This document shows, piece after piece, positions 14,820 through 28,870 of a stretch of 64,000 nt of DNA. This stretch comes from Lingula anatina. Taxonomy: Eukaryota; Animalia; Brachiopoda. Each line of letters opens with the position of its first letter. The stretch's first letter is position 1. The notes under the pieces are model-generated. The model was not told the origin of the DNA. It saw only the letters and a list, made by a program, of their open reading frames with translations, and searched no databases. The DNA lies in contig CM120644.1 in assembly GCA_051362555.1 (NCBI GenBank), positions 9,680,954 through 9,744,953 of the forward strand. The letters run 5' to 3'. Position numbers and translations under genes: made by a program.

Positions 14820-17025
14820 CAGAATGGGGTTAAAAGCATATTTTAATTTCTTTTCTACTAACTCTCGGGGTGTTGCAATTTTAATAAATAATAATTTTGA
14901 ATTCGAGTACCTTAAGGAATTTAAAACAAACGACGATAATCTTTTAGCTCTTGATGAAAATATAGAAAAAATAGATTCACACTTATCAACATTTATGGCC
15001 CGAACATGGATACTCCAGATTTTTATGAACAGGTGCGAGATATAATAATAGACTTTAATAATGAAAATTTCTTGATCTGTGGTGACTTTAACCTTACCTT
15101 AAACCCTGATATAGACACAGAAAATTATGCAAATGTGAACAACCCTAGAGCTATAGGCAAAAACTACTTGAAGTTATGAATATAATTGACTATTTCAGAC
15201 TTCTCTACCCTGACGAGAGGAGATTCACATGGAGAAGAAGGAATCCCAGAAGGCAGGCTAGACTAGATTTCTTTTTGATTGCGGATAACCTTCAAAATTC
15301 AGTTTCTAATATTTTCTTTAATGCATCATACCGATCTGATCATTCACCCGTAATTTTAGAATTAAAGCTTAATAAATTTATGACAATTACCCATTCCTCT
15401 TTCAAGAAAGAAACAAAGGGACAGGCAAGAATTAGAACTAGAAAGAGAAATTAATGTAATGGAAATGAATCACCCAAATGAGAATTCTTTGGACGAACTT
15501 GTGGCTAAAAGGGATGCGTTGAAAAATATCAGACGAGAAACTAAAAGGAGTCCTCGTCCGAGCAAAATGCAGATGGATTGAGGAAGGAGAGAAGCCTACG
15601 AAATATTTTTGTTCACTTGAATTCAGAAATTATGTCAATAAAACTATTCAGAATTTAGAACTAGACGGAACAACAATATTTGATCAAAAACCTTTACTTA
15701 ATGAAGCAAAGTTCTTTTATAAACGCCTTTACATGTCAAAAGCTAATCAATTAGAAGAGGTAGACCTAGAATTAATTTTTGCAAATTTAGATGTCCCCAA
15801 ATTAAGCGAGCCTGATAAGGAATATTTACAAACCGAAATTACCTCAAAGGAACTTTTGAGGGTGCTGCAAAAAATGAAAAATAACAAATTGCCTGGATCT
15901 GATGGCTTTACTGCAGAGTTTTATAATTTTTTTTGGAATGATTTACATAGTTTTATATTTAGAACAGTTAATGAAATTTTAATCAATGACAAAATGATGA
16001 CGAGTCAAAATCTTGGGATTATAACCTGTATTCCAAAAGCCGATATAATCAGAAAATTTATAAAAAATTGGAGGCCTGCAACCCTTTTAAATGTTATTTA
16101 CAAAATGATCTCGGGCTGTATAGCGGAAAGAATGAAACTCTGTCTTGATAAAATTATTTCTAATTCTCAGTCCGGGTTTATTGTCGGAAGATATATTGGG
16201 GAAAATACAAGATTAATTTATGATCTAATGCATATCGCAGAAAAGAAAAATATGCCTGCTTTACTCATTCTTATCGATTTTGAAAAGGCCTTTGATTCTG
16301 TAGATTGGGGCTTTATTGATAAAAGTTTTATACTTTTTTTAAATTTTGGGGAAACTATAAAAAGGTGGTTTCATATCCTTAATTACGATAGCAAGGTCTC
16401 TATTACATAAAACGGCCACTTGTCGGAGCCTTTCAAAATTTCGAGAGGCTGTTGTCAAGGGGACCCCTTGTCTCCCTATATCTTTCTCCTTTGTGCTGAG
16501 ATTCTCGTAATCGTGATAAAGAATAATGGTCACTTTACACTTTGATAAACAAATTCCGAAGATAGAGGGTATGCTTCGGTATTGGAATAGAAGAATACTT
16601 ACCCCTATTGGTGGAACTACTATCTTAAAACCCTTATCACCCCAATGCTGAACCATCTTTTCATTTCTCTTCCAAATCCAGATCCAGTATTCATCAAAAA
16701 AATTAACGTATATAACACTATTCTACAGAGCACCTTTGCTTTACAATCTATTTGGAATATTTTTGACTATGGAAATTATTATTTACATATACTCTTACGC
16801 AATTACAATAAAAGTTTTTGGAGAGATGTCATTATCTCCTGGAAATATTTAACTTACGGTATAGAAGATATGAATAGCAATATCGCTCTTGAACCTCTGT
16901 GGTATAATAGTAAAGTAACATCGGGCGGGGTATTAATATTTGATAAAGAATGGTACAATAAAGGTAAAAGAATAATTTGCGAATTTTTGGCCGGGGGGGG
17001 GGGGGGTGCAAATGTATTGTGTTAA
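14820..17025 (+). mobile_element. L1/Tx1-clade LINE ORF2 (APE endonuclease and reverse transcriptase), frameshifted
   Basis: SRGVAILI, GDFN, FTW..ARLDFFLI, SDHSPV; KLPGSDGFTAEFY, NWRPATLLNVIYK, QSGFIVGR, IDFEKAFDSVDW, RGCCQGDPLSPISF. Confidence 0.9.
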
Positions 17026-17351
17026 TTTTTAGAGAAAAAAACGTGTAAACCCAACAAAAAAGTTTTATTGCATTAGTTGGGGGTTTTGAGTGGAAGCCAA
17101 TTTAACACAGATGAATAATATGTATGAGTGTACGCACATTAAATGTAACAGGACCTTCAATGATTAGGGCATGATAGTGGGAAACACCACAATCTGTGGT
17201 GCTCTGACTTTCATGTGATTTTTGTTTATCATAACTGTTATGGATTAAGTATAAATAGTACAGTTTAAAGTAAAGTTGGGTTTTAAATAGTGCTGTTTAA
17301 GATAAAGATTGATTGTTACAGTTTACCTATTACATTGTACAAAGATTGCAA

Positions 17352-17407
17352 TTTATTATTATTATTATTACTATTATTATTATTATTGTCATTATTATTA
17401 TTATTAT
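17352..17407. repeat. (TTA)n microsatellite
   Basis: Near-perfect TTA run. Confidence 0.9.
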
Positions 17408-19353
17408 ATTTGTGTGAGGCTGTGATAAATGTAGTTAGAAATTATTTTAATGATATTCTATTGAAAACTCTATGAATTTTTTTTTAGGCTAGAATAGCAT
17501 AATTGCATGGAACCAGGATTACTCCTTTACCGTCCCTTGACCCGCAGTTATCATAACAAAAGCACCCATCATTTCCAAATTCTGTGTGGCAATGAACACT
17601 ACAACCTCTGCGATACTTCTAAGGGAAGAAAGAATATATTATTGAGCTGTGCTGTTGCTAATATTGATAGTTATTGATTATCAGTATATAGAAATTCAGT
17701 TTGTGAAATCATTTTAGGTTTTGACCATATGAAGTTATTTAAAAGTGTAAGGTATATGCAACTAAACAATAGATTGTTTTATTTTTACTGTGCAAGCTAA
17801 GTTTTTTTATATGTGGCTTATAGATAAAATCTACTTATCAAAATAAAATAAGTTTATTCAAATACAAATATGGATTTGTACCTGGTATCAGTGAAAGAAA
17901 ATCTGCCAACTCTGAGAAAATTTATGAAATTATATTATTTGTGAAAATTGAAGTGGTCTACTTTATAAACGGGAATCGTGTTTTAGTTGGTTTAAAACAT
18001 AGAAATGTGTACCAATCAAGTAAGGTAGCATTAAATTATCACCTACTGGGTAATTACTGTACAATATAATGTAAAATAATAATTATTGCATCATACATGT
18101 AACCCTGGTATATATATTTGCACAGTTTTAATAACTGATGGGTGTAACAATCTTGACATTCTGTAAGTGATAACATGTTTCAGACTAGTTGAAATGTTTC
18201 AGAGTAGTTGAAATGTAAAAAATAAAATAAAAGTAACAATGTGATTAAATATAAATTGTCTTTCAATTGTTATTTTTCATATTTTAATGAAAGGAATACC
18301 CTCATCAGTTGGCCTCATGTAATAAAAAAATTATATTTTCAAGAAAAATATTAAAATTTATTTATATTAGCACCATGGTAAGTGCCAAGAAAAATTATTT
18401 TCATTGTCCCCAATTCTTAGTGACCTATGTAAGTAATACTGTGTGGTGTAAAAAACTAAAACGAGGCAGAAGCGCTTGAGAAAGCACTTAGTCACAGCGA
18501 GGCTAATATACGGATATTGTAAGTTCAAGTTTTCAGGCTTACACGGTCGTGAATTGATTTGTGCCATTCACAGCTTAAGGCAAAGTTTTTCACATGCTTA
18601 CATTGACAGAAAGCTGAATAAATTTGCCACAACTTACTAGTAATTAAAAGTTGTTCGGAGGCACTATAGATACAAAGATCAGAGTTAATGATAGCTTTCG
18701 TAAATTTTCGATTTCAAACTAATTTTAACACCAAATAGACTCCACATCAACTCGTGGTGTATCTCACATTATTGGAAATTTAATTCTCATTATGTCAATG
18801 TACATAATGTTACCCTGAGTACTTTCATATCCAAGATATTACACCGTTTCTGACACCCTATAAATCTCCAAAATTTTAGCTGATTCAGAAGTGTAAGACT
18901 TCCGGTTTGTCTAAAAGCCACCTAGCGACAGACCGGTGGCTTCCGGGCTGTATAGAACCATTGACGACTGGAACACCACAATTATCATGTCCAGTCAGAT
19001 ATACACAGTAAGAGCCTCAAGTTTATTTTCCACAATTAAGCAAGCACTCTGTTCAAGAGACCACAAATAATCTCACCCGAATCAACTTACGTTAAGTATG
19101 AAAAATGCAGTTATGACAGGGGAATACAGAAGGTACACCTGGTATACCTGGTTCATGAAGGGATTGGTTTAAAACACTTCTTTCATGAAGTCAATGGGGA
19201 CGGTACATGTAGAATGCTGCGGATGGACGTATAAAATAACAGAACGGTGGTCATTTAGAGAAGCAAATCATTTTTTAACGATCACTTAAAATTCTGCCAA
19301 CTCTGGGACATCGTATCATGCCCTTTAACTGAATTAATATGATGTTGGTTTGG

Positions 19354-22300
19354 TAAATGTGCTACTTACATGTATAATATCTTTTTGCATAGTGATTTGT
19401 AGGCAAATGATAGTACGTGGGAAGCGGGAATTTATAAAGGTAGGCCCACCTATTTTGCCATGTTTCTATACAGCTGATCTTGATACGTCATATTTACATT
19501 AGTGTTCACAGGACCGGAGCCAGCAAATTCAAAAGGGGGGGTTCTTTTTCTGAAAATGTGGATCTTTTACCTTGAAACTTGTGTGTACCTAGATAAAATT
19601 TTACCCAAAATGGACCTTTTTCCTGACAAAAGGGGCGGTTCTTTCGAACCCCCTGACCCCCCACCCCCACCCTCCCCCTGGCTACGGGCCTGGCCCCGTA
19701 TGCACAAAACATCTTAAGTGTATTTTTTAAAGAATTTCCCTATGAATTCCCTTAAGTGATCATCCTTAACATAAGTGGTATGCACAAAGCATCTTAAGAT
19801 GAGAATTTCCCCAAATATCTCCTTAACTTTAAGGTACCTCATTGGGTCTCTTAAGTGGAAATTTTGTCCTTAGATTCAGTGACAGTACAACACAGTGGCA
19901 TTCATTTGTGCTAATCAAAGCTGTGCAGCACCATTATTTCTCTATCGCTCTTATTATTGCTGCTTATCGTGAAGAAGTGGATGAACTGGAATGGGCAGTC
20001 GCAAGACCAAGAATATTTCGGGACCGCAAAAATCCTTTGGATTTTTACCCAGATCATGAGATTTACCAGCGATTTCATTTTGATAGAGCGGGGATACTTT
20101 TCATTACGGATCTTCTGGCAGTTACATCTGTAATTTGTCGTTCTGTTCAGGGATATCTAAAGTGAACAATTTTGAGTGGGCACTTTTTATGACATGTTGC
20201 TTATGCGCATTTAATGCTTTTCACATTGTAACGTATGCATCTACATGGATAGATGAAAATGTACAAAAGTAATGCAAATATAAATAAATATGAATTAAGT
20301 TAAATAGTGATATTGTACGACTCCTTGTATGAAAAATACAAAACATATTTGGCAGAGCCCAAATGGCTCTACCTACTAAATGTGCTACTTACATGTATAA
20401 TATCTTTTTGCATGGTGATTTGTAGGCAAATGATAGTACGTGGGAAGCGGGAATTTATAAAGGTAGGCCCACCTATTTTGCCATGTTTCTATACAGCTGA
20501 TCTTGATACGTCATATTTACATTAGTGTTCACAGGACCGGAGCCAGCAAATTCAAAAGGGGGGGTTCTTTTTCTGAAAATGTGGATCTTTTACCTTGAAA
20601 CTTGTGTGTACCTAGATAAAATTTTACCCAAAATGGACCTTTTTCCTGACAAAAGGGGCGGTTCTTTCGAACCCCCTGACCCCCCACCCCCACCCTCCCC
20701 CTGGCTACGGGCCTGGCCCCGTATGCACAAAACATCTTAAGTGTATTTTTTAAAGAATTTCCCTATGAATTCCCTTAAGTGATCATCCTTAACATAAGTG
20801 GTATGCACAAAGCATCTTAAGATGAGAATTTCCCCAAATATCTCCTTAACTTTAAGGTACCTCATTGGGTCTCTTAAGTGGAAATTTTGTCCTTAGATTC
20901 AGTGACTGTACAACACAGTGGCATTCATTTGTGCTAATCAAAGCTGTGCAGCACCATTATTTCTCTATCGCTCTTATTATTGCTGCTTATCGTGAAGAAG
21001 TGGATGAACTGGAATGGGCAGTCGCAAGACCAAGAATATTTCGGGACCGCAAAAATCCTTTGGATTTTTACCCAGATCATGAGATTTACCAGCGATTTCA
21101 TTTTGATAGAGCGGGGATACTTTTCATTACGGATCTTCTGGCAGTTACATCTGTAATTTGTCGTTCTGTTCAGGGATATCTAAAGTGAACAATTTTGAGT
21201 GGGCACTTTTTATGACATGTTGCTTATGCGCATTTAATGCTTTTCACATTGTAACGTATGCATCTACATGGATAGATGAAAATGTACAAAAGTAATGCAA
21301 ATATAAATAAATATGAATTAAGTTAAATAGTGATATTGTACGACTCCTTGTATGAAAAATACAAAACATATTTGGCAGAGTCCAAATGGCTCTACCTACT
21401 AAATGTGCTACTTACATGTATAATATCTTTTTGCATGGTGATTTGTAGGCAAATGATAGTACGTGGGAAGCGGGAATTCATAAAGGTAGGCCCACCTATT
21501 TTGCCATGTTTCTATACAGCTGATCTTGATACGTCATATTTACATTAGTGTTCACAGGACCGGAGCCAGCAAATTCAAAAGGGGGGGTTCTTTTTCTGAA
21601 AATGTGGATCTTTTACCTTGAAACTTGTGTGTACCTAGATAAAATTTTACCCAAAATAGACCTTTTTCCTGACAAAAGGGGCGGTTCTTTCGAACCCCCT
21701 GACCCCCCACCCCCACCCTCCCCCTGGCTACGGGCCTGGCCCCGTATGCACAAAACATCTTAAGTGTATTTTTTAAAGAATTTCCCTATGAATTCCCTTA
21801 AGTGATCATCCTTAACATAAGTGGTATGCACAAAGCATCTTAAGATGAGAATTTCCCCAAATATCTCCTTAACTTTAAGGTACCTCATTGGGTCTCTTAA
21901 GTGGAAATTTTGTCCTTAGATTCAGTGACTGTACAACACAGTGGCATTCATTTGTGCTAATCAAAGCTGTGCAGCACCATTATTTCTCTATCGCTCTTAT
22001 TATTGCTGCTTATCGTGAAGAAGTGGATGAACTGGAATGGGCAGTCGCAAGACCAAGAATATTTCGGGACCGCAAAAATCCTTTGGATTTTTACCCAGAT
22101 CATGAGATTTACCAGCGATTTCATTTTGATAGAGCGGGGATACTTTTCATTACGGATCTTCTGGCAGTTACATCTGTAATTTGTCGTTCTGTTCAGGGAT
22201 ATCTAAAGTGAACAATTTTGAGTGGGCACTTTTTATGACATGTTGCTTATGCGCATTTAATGCTTTTCACATTGTAACGTATGCATCTACATGGATAGAT

Positions 22301-22910
22301 GAAAATGTACAAAAGTAATGCAAATATAAATAAATATGAATTAAGTTAAATAGTGATATTGTACGACTCCTTGTATGAAAAATACAAAACATATTTGGCA
22401 GAGCCCAAATGGCTCTACCTACTAAATGTGCTACTTACATGTATAATATCTTTTTGCATGGTGATTTGTAGGCAAATGATAGTACGTGGGAAGCGGGAAT
22501 TTATAAAGGTAGGCCCACCTATTTTGCCATGTTTCTATACAGCTGATCTTGATACGTCATATTTACATTAGTGTTCACGGGACCGGAGCCAGCAAATTCA
22601 AAAGGGGGGTTCTTTTTCTGAAAATGTGGATCTTTTACCCTGAAACATGTGTGTACCTAGATAAAATTTGTCGTTCTGTTCAGGGATATCTAAAGTGAAC
22701 AATTTTGAGTGGGCACTTTTTATGACATGTTGCTTATGCGCATTTAATGCTTTTCACATTGTAACGTATGCATCTACATGGATAGATGAAAATGTACAAA
22801 AGTAATGCAAATATAAATAAATATGAATTAAGTTAAATAGTGATATTGTACGACTCCTTGTATGAAAAATACAAAACATATTTGGCAGAGCCCAAATGGC
22901 TCTACCTACT
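19354..22910. repeat. 1023-bp tandem array (three near-identical units plus a fourth with an internal deletion)
   Basis: Near-identical ORFs recur at 19502/20525/21548 and 19842/20865/21888. Deletion junction at about 22667. Confidence 0.95.
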
Positions 22911-24410
22911 CAGCTGGTAATGGGTGCAGCACAGTCCCTTTTTTGGAAGGCTAACCATTAATAATTGGCAAGAGCAATAATATGTTCATTAACCTTACCA
23001 GTCATTAGTGTTTTAAATTTATCCATTCTGGTAAGATGCTCAAAGTTACTATGTTGTTATTTGTATTCTGAATAAAGATCATAACGGAGAGGGCATGACA
23101 ATCCCCGAAAACCACCTGATAACACGGAATCTCACGCATCAATACTTTTACAATTAACATAGGTATTTAATATGTGCATACGTGGGGTCAATAGTGAAAT
23201 TAATAATTAAAATTAATATTAATATTATGAATTACATGCCACAGTTTTTCATCACAGATAACACTTAAAACATATAAGTCGATGACATGTAAATGGCCAT
23301 AGTCATGAAATAAATATATGCTGGGCTTATTTCTTTTCTAGGGCCCATGAAAAAATATTACTTTATCATCCCCGGCCGCATAACTTTTTCTGCTCATATA
23401 AAAAATTATAATGTAAAATTTCCCCATCAAATGTGCACCTCATGCACAAAAACAGACTCTCCCTGTACTAAGAGTGCCTCTCACAGCAATTTATGTTACT
23501 ACTAGCTTTGCTCATGGCACGTTCCCTATTTTAGTGTATGTAATGACGGTCCGGCGGGCATCGTTGTTTAAATTCAATGTGTTTTTGTATTAGCAAAAAT
23601 ACGCCCTACTGAATCACTTCTTGTAGGTGACAATGACCCCATTTCCAGATATTAGATCGATCTACTTTAGATCGATCTAACTCCCTGGGGGTTCACGCTA
23701 AATAGCAGTCAGCCGAGCGGACACGAAAGTTAATTACCCCCTTACAGCTTTTAGTAGGCGGGACTGACATTTAAGCCGGATTATCTGACAGTAAACTAGT
23801 GAGACTCCCCGCGGGGATAGATCGATCTAAAAGCTCTGGGAATACAGCCAATGATGGTAAACTAATATTTTTTATGGGGCCTTTTTACAGAATTATCACT
23901 GATAGGGGAGTTTGGTGCACATGTATCAGCCAACAGCCTTTTGATTAAAATGTAATTATGTCACTGGATTATTATTATTATTAGTGTTGGGTCTGGGGAT
24001 TGGATGACATGCCTCTTTTTCTGTCAGAGTATGAAGAATACTAGGCCTTCACAAGAAGTTACAACTTCTTGGCCTACACGATTGATATTTCAACTCTTCT
24101 CATAATAACTAATAGGCTTATCATATCCAAGTAAAGGATTTCTTCAAACATGGATTCCCCAGGAATTCCCCAGTGTGGGCTATTGTAACAGGTAATTCTA
24201 TTGGTCAATGCACAGGCTAAACATAGCTCAACACATAAGAGAAATCCTACAGAGTTGAGGAAATTCCTATTATTTGAGAAAATTCTTGGCTTAGGAAATT
24301 CTTAAGGCACTTTGTGCACACCACTTAAGGGGTTTCCTCAGCTAAGAATTTTCTTATAAAGTTAAGGAGAATTTTTCACTTAAGATAAGAGTTTTTTGTG
24401 CATACGGGGC
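19693..24410. mobile_element. Non-autonomous PIF/Harbinger copy, inverted relative to 11745-14815, with its left end amplified in the tandem array
   Basis: TIR GCCCCGTATGCACAAAA..TTTTGTGCATACGGGGC, 3-bp TSD CTG, empty site at 36571. About 23100-24410 is the reverse complement of about 11745-13235. Confidence 0.85.
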
Positions 24411-26954
24411 CTGGTTCATAGCCTATATAGATAGTAATTATTTGGGCAAATCTGTGGGTAAAATAAACGCGCTTATATCTTAGATGTGAAATACTCGTGG
24501 AAAATAATTTATTTTTATTTACTAGTAATTATTCAATAGCGCATGAACACATCATTGAAAACGTCAGCCTGGCCATGGGTTGAAAAAAAACTATGAAGGC
24601 AACTCTAGAATAAAGTTGATGGTAACTATAAAAAAATCAGAGGCTGTCAAAAGCTAGAAAATAAGTTGCAACACTCTCTGAAACATAAATGTGCTATAAA
24701 TCCACAATGTTTTGTAGTCAATAACTTGTTTCGATTCGTTTCAATGAAGTATTCGCTCCTTGTGTGCACGCAGGAGTACGTGAGGGGAAGAGATCATATG
24801 AAGAAGTGACCTTCTTGGTGTTTACTTTATGGGATGTCTCATTTACGATATGTTAAAGTCATTTTTGTTTATTTTGACGTAAATTTATAATTGATCCTGG
24901 TTTGAAGGAAAATACATGTATGACTATTCTTTACACTGTACGTGATTATAGAATTAAAAATCAATTCAGCAAGGCATTATCTTGACATCGAAGTAGGCCG
25001 ATAGCACTCGGTTTAACATCAAATAAAGGTCGTCGTTTGAAACCCAATATTACACATTCAACTCGAATAATTTCCTGATAGCAGAATTAAACAACTTTGC
25101 TTACCTTATTGACTTAAAGCAGGACAATTAAGATATGATGTTGGGATCACAGGCTTACTCTCTCATCTGCAGAAACATTTGACCTTCTGTTACATAAAAT
25201 TAGTACCTTCCTTATGATACGAAAATGATGACGAAAATTAAATAAAACGAGCCTTAGCCTCAGCGAATGAGTAAATATTTATATAATGTTTATCATGTGC
25301 AGTGATAGGAGTCAGCTACTATATATATAAGGATGCACAACAGAGATCGAGACATGTGGGGATGAGTTATTCTTCTCCTCACCTTCATTTTAACAAATTA
25401 ATCTGTAAGGCTAAATGATACATTTTAAAACGAGATAGTGGGAGTAATTTGTTCCATTTTATGCATGTATTTTTACGCATCAACGATAAATAAAATGCGT
25501 TGTGCATTATTGAAATGTTAAGGAAGAGTGAGATTACACAGTTTTGTCTGATTCATTCATCAACGATAAAAACAGGCCTTAGCTATTGCCACATTTAGGT
25601 TTCTCGAAAACTTATCAATCGGGGACATCAGAAGTAGGTCTACATTGCAGCATATTAAGGTGTTTCAAGCATAATAATCAAAACGAAAGGCTAAAATCGA
25701 CCACAAAAACATCTCAGAAAATACAAAAATAAAATATTCCCTTCCAAAACAAACTTTCCACCACAATCTAAACTTAAGCTAAATATTCGACTGAAACAGA
25801 ATAAAATATCATGACGTTAGTCACTTTAGTAAAATTGAGGGAAGAGATCTGTTGCCGACACGGCAGAAATTATATGCGTAGTTCTCAAAATTTATTTTTA
25901 TTTCCACGATGTTCTTATGTTTATTTATATTGTGTTAGAGAAGAAACTACTAACACTGCTCAATTAAGTAACATCTGTTCATTTAGTCATGTGGTCAACT
26001 GTATAAAAGCCGATGTTGCAAGTACTCTGCGCGGTCATTTATTACTTATGGCAGAGTGGAGGTTTGTTATAATATTACGTGTAGCTTGTGTAAAATGTAT
26101 GTATTTAACCAAGTGTAATTCACTTATATAGAGGTTTTTTGTGTAGTTTACATAAGTTTACATAAGTTTTTCATAATTATAATCAGTAACATAATTAGTT
26201 ATGAGCATCGTGTTTATTAAAGTCTATGTTGGTATGGGTGTAGCATTTTCATGAACAACACGTACATGTATATTTATGTTATCAAATGAAATTACAGTAC
26301 CAGCTCAGATTGTCATGGCCGTCTCTGAGCAGCCAGTTAGCAGCGGAAAAAACGAGTCTGGATATTGTTTTAGTGTAAGTGTTTAAAATTTAAAAAAAAA
26401 AAGAATAATTAGTGCAGTTAACTTACACGTATGTAAAGATCGATTTTTTTTTTTTTTTTTTTTTTGTTAAGATCACATGAATTAAGTTATTTAGTATATT
26501 TAGTTTATTATCTCGATATTTCACTTTATTGTTTTTTTTTTTCGTGTCTTTTTATAGTTTTTACCAGTTTCTGTTCAGTTCTGTGCACACTGCGTGAATG
26601 AACAGCAGTCTTAGCCAACGGTGTTTCTTCATTTACTCGTGGTCCGCTACAAGATCAAAATATTCGAATATTGAGCAGATTGGCTAACGGTGCAATGCTA
26701 ATCGTCGCAGGGAATAAAATTTCAGGTCCAGTCACAATTGACTGTTACCATGACCGGTTAATGAAACTACGAAATACATAAACATCTATAGAATACCTTA
26801 TTTGTGTATTAAGCCATCTGTCACGGGCGACAGTCGAGCGTGTTAGACGTGTGACTTTATCGACTTTATCGCTTGTAAGAAATCTCTCCAACATGCAATA
26901 TTATATTTCGCCCTCGACTTGTGAAGATTCTTTTGTCTATATCTACATATATGC

Positions 26955-28714
26955 TACCCTCTACCAGGGTGACTGATAGATTTTTACGGATATTCACAGA
27001 TATGTCTCTAGCTAGATAGATTGTCATTTTAAGCTCAAGTCACCCTGTACAGAAATGCCATCTGAAAGCAATTATCTTTGCCCGCGCGCAGAGGGCTTTA
27101 TTCTCGCTCTGCTTGAGCTTCGCTTCGCGACGATATGCTAACTGCACGTTACGCAACCTGTCTAGGCTCTGCTGTCTGCAAAAACCAGTCACGTGGTTGG
27201 AAGGGGTTTCCCGAAGTGAGCCGTATCCCACAATTCCGTACTGCAGCTTTAAAAAATGGCGGCTATCACTCCCGGTGTTTCCTCACATACCTTGAAGTAT
27301 TAAATAAACGTACCGGTCGGTACGTCAATTAATTTTTCAAATTTCTTCCCATCGGTACGCTCCATTTCCACCCAGTACGCTTATTAATTTTTCAAAAATC
27401 TACCACCCGGTATGTTTATTAAATACCTATCGTACCGGTGGGAAAATATACAAGTACAAGTCAAGTTTTTTATTTTCCTAAATTTAAGTATAATGAGAAG
27501 AAATATCGGTGCAGCTACTGTTCGACATACGCACTGGAAAGTAGGTCAAGCTGAAGTCGCTCTCTGAACACTACGATACATGCGTCATCTGATTTCAGTT
27601 CCTATAAATAGACGTACTTTCTCCTCAACAGTGACAACTACTCATGTATATCGATCGAATGATGTAATGTCGCGAGGTGATAGGATCATATTTATAGCTA
27701 AGAAGGTCATTTCAAGTGCAGCAAAGAAGTGTCTCTTTTCAAACGTCAATTATTTCATGCCGATTTATGATATAAACGATGTTAAATCACACTTCTATGT
27801 AAGTTTAACCCTTAGGAGTTTACACGTATGCAAAACAAACCTTATATCTGATAATAAATTTACTTCGAATAACGTCTCCGTATGACTATCGGAGGCGGCT
27901 TAGGTGCGATATATCTGGGTCTTCGGACCCTGGCGATTATTAAATTTAACTCACGGCAATTTTTTTTATTTTTTGAAAATAAATTAGATATCCTGTTTTT
28001 AAGATAAATAAATTATAATACTGAGTGAATTTTACCTGGTGAAATTTTTTTTTTTAACACTGATAAATAGCTAGTTTTTTTTTTTTTCTTTCTCTTCTTT
28101 ATTTTTATTTATTTTTCATTTTTTTTTTTTTTTGGGGGGGGGGGGGAGGAGTGGTGTGAAGGTTTTTTTCAGGGCAGTACTTTTATTCCATCCAGTACTT
28201 TTATTAAATTTCGAGATTTTTTTTCCACCCAGTACATTTTATTCCAACATACACGTCCTTCCCTCTGACTGCAGCACTCACCGCTTCAAATTGATATTCT
28301 GTCAGCCCTTGGAAATTCCAAAATTTGCTTACTATCCGATCTGCTTCTTCACGCTCCATACCGTAACAATGCTTTCAGGCTGCTACTGCACCAGTATTTA
28401 TACCTCTGCAACTACTTCAGGGGATTCCACAGTTAGCTGAAGTAATAAGCTATTCACTGGGGGCTATTTTTATCTGTGTCAGAAGAGCAAGTGATTAAGG
28501 TCAGAGCAATTAACTGTCTTGATTGCTGTCACTCAGACTTGGACTGGACCTGCCAAGTGGCAGTGCCTGAGCAGTTATGCAAACAATTACCAGCCATGTA
28601 ATCAACCTTGAGATTTCTGTACAGGGTGACTTGAGCTTAAAATTACACTCTATCTAGCTAGAGACATATCTGTGAATATCCGTAAAAATCTATCAGTCGC
28701 CCTGGTAGAGGGTA
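26955..28714. mobile_element. Non-autonomous Mutator/MULE-like element
   Basis: ~100-bp TIRs TACCCTCTACCAGGG(T/C)GACTGATAGATTTTTACGG, 9-bp TSD CATATATGC, empty site at about 35317-35325. Confidence 0.85.
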
Positions 28715-28813
28715 CATATATGCCATGTTGAAGTACGTAAAATAAAATAGATACAAAAGCCTAGCGAAGTTTTGAACATACTGTACTTTATTTGTTTTTT
28801 AAAAGAAGATTTC

Positions 28814-28816
<3 letters not shown>

Positions 28817-28866
<50 letters not shown>
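28817..28866. repeat. (AT)n microsatellite
   Basis: Perfect AT run. Confidence 0.9.

Positions 28867-28870
<4 letters not shown>

Noticed and set aside
19502-22571. Repeated short ORFs as a tandem gene family
   Set aside because: They come from MITE and Harbinger fragments inside the 1023-bp repeat.
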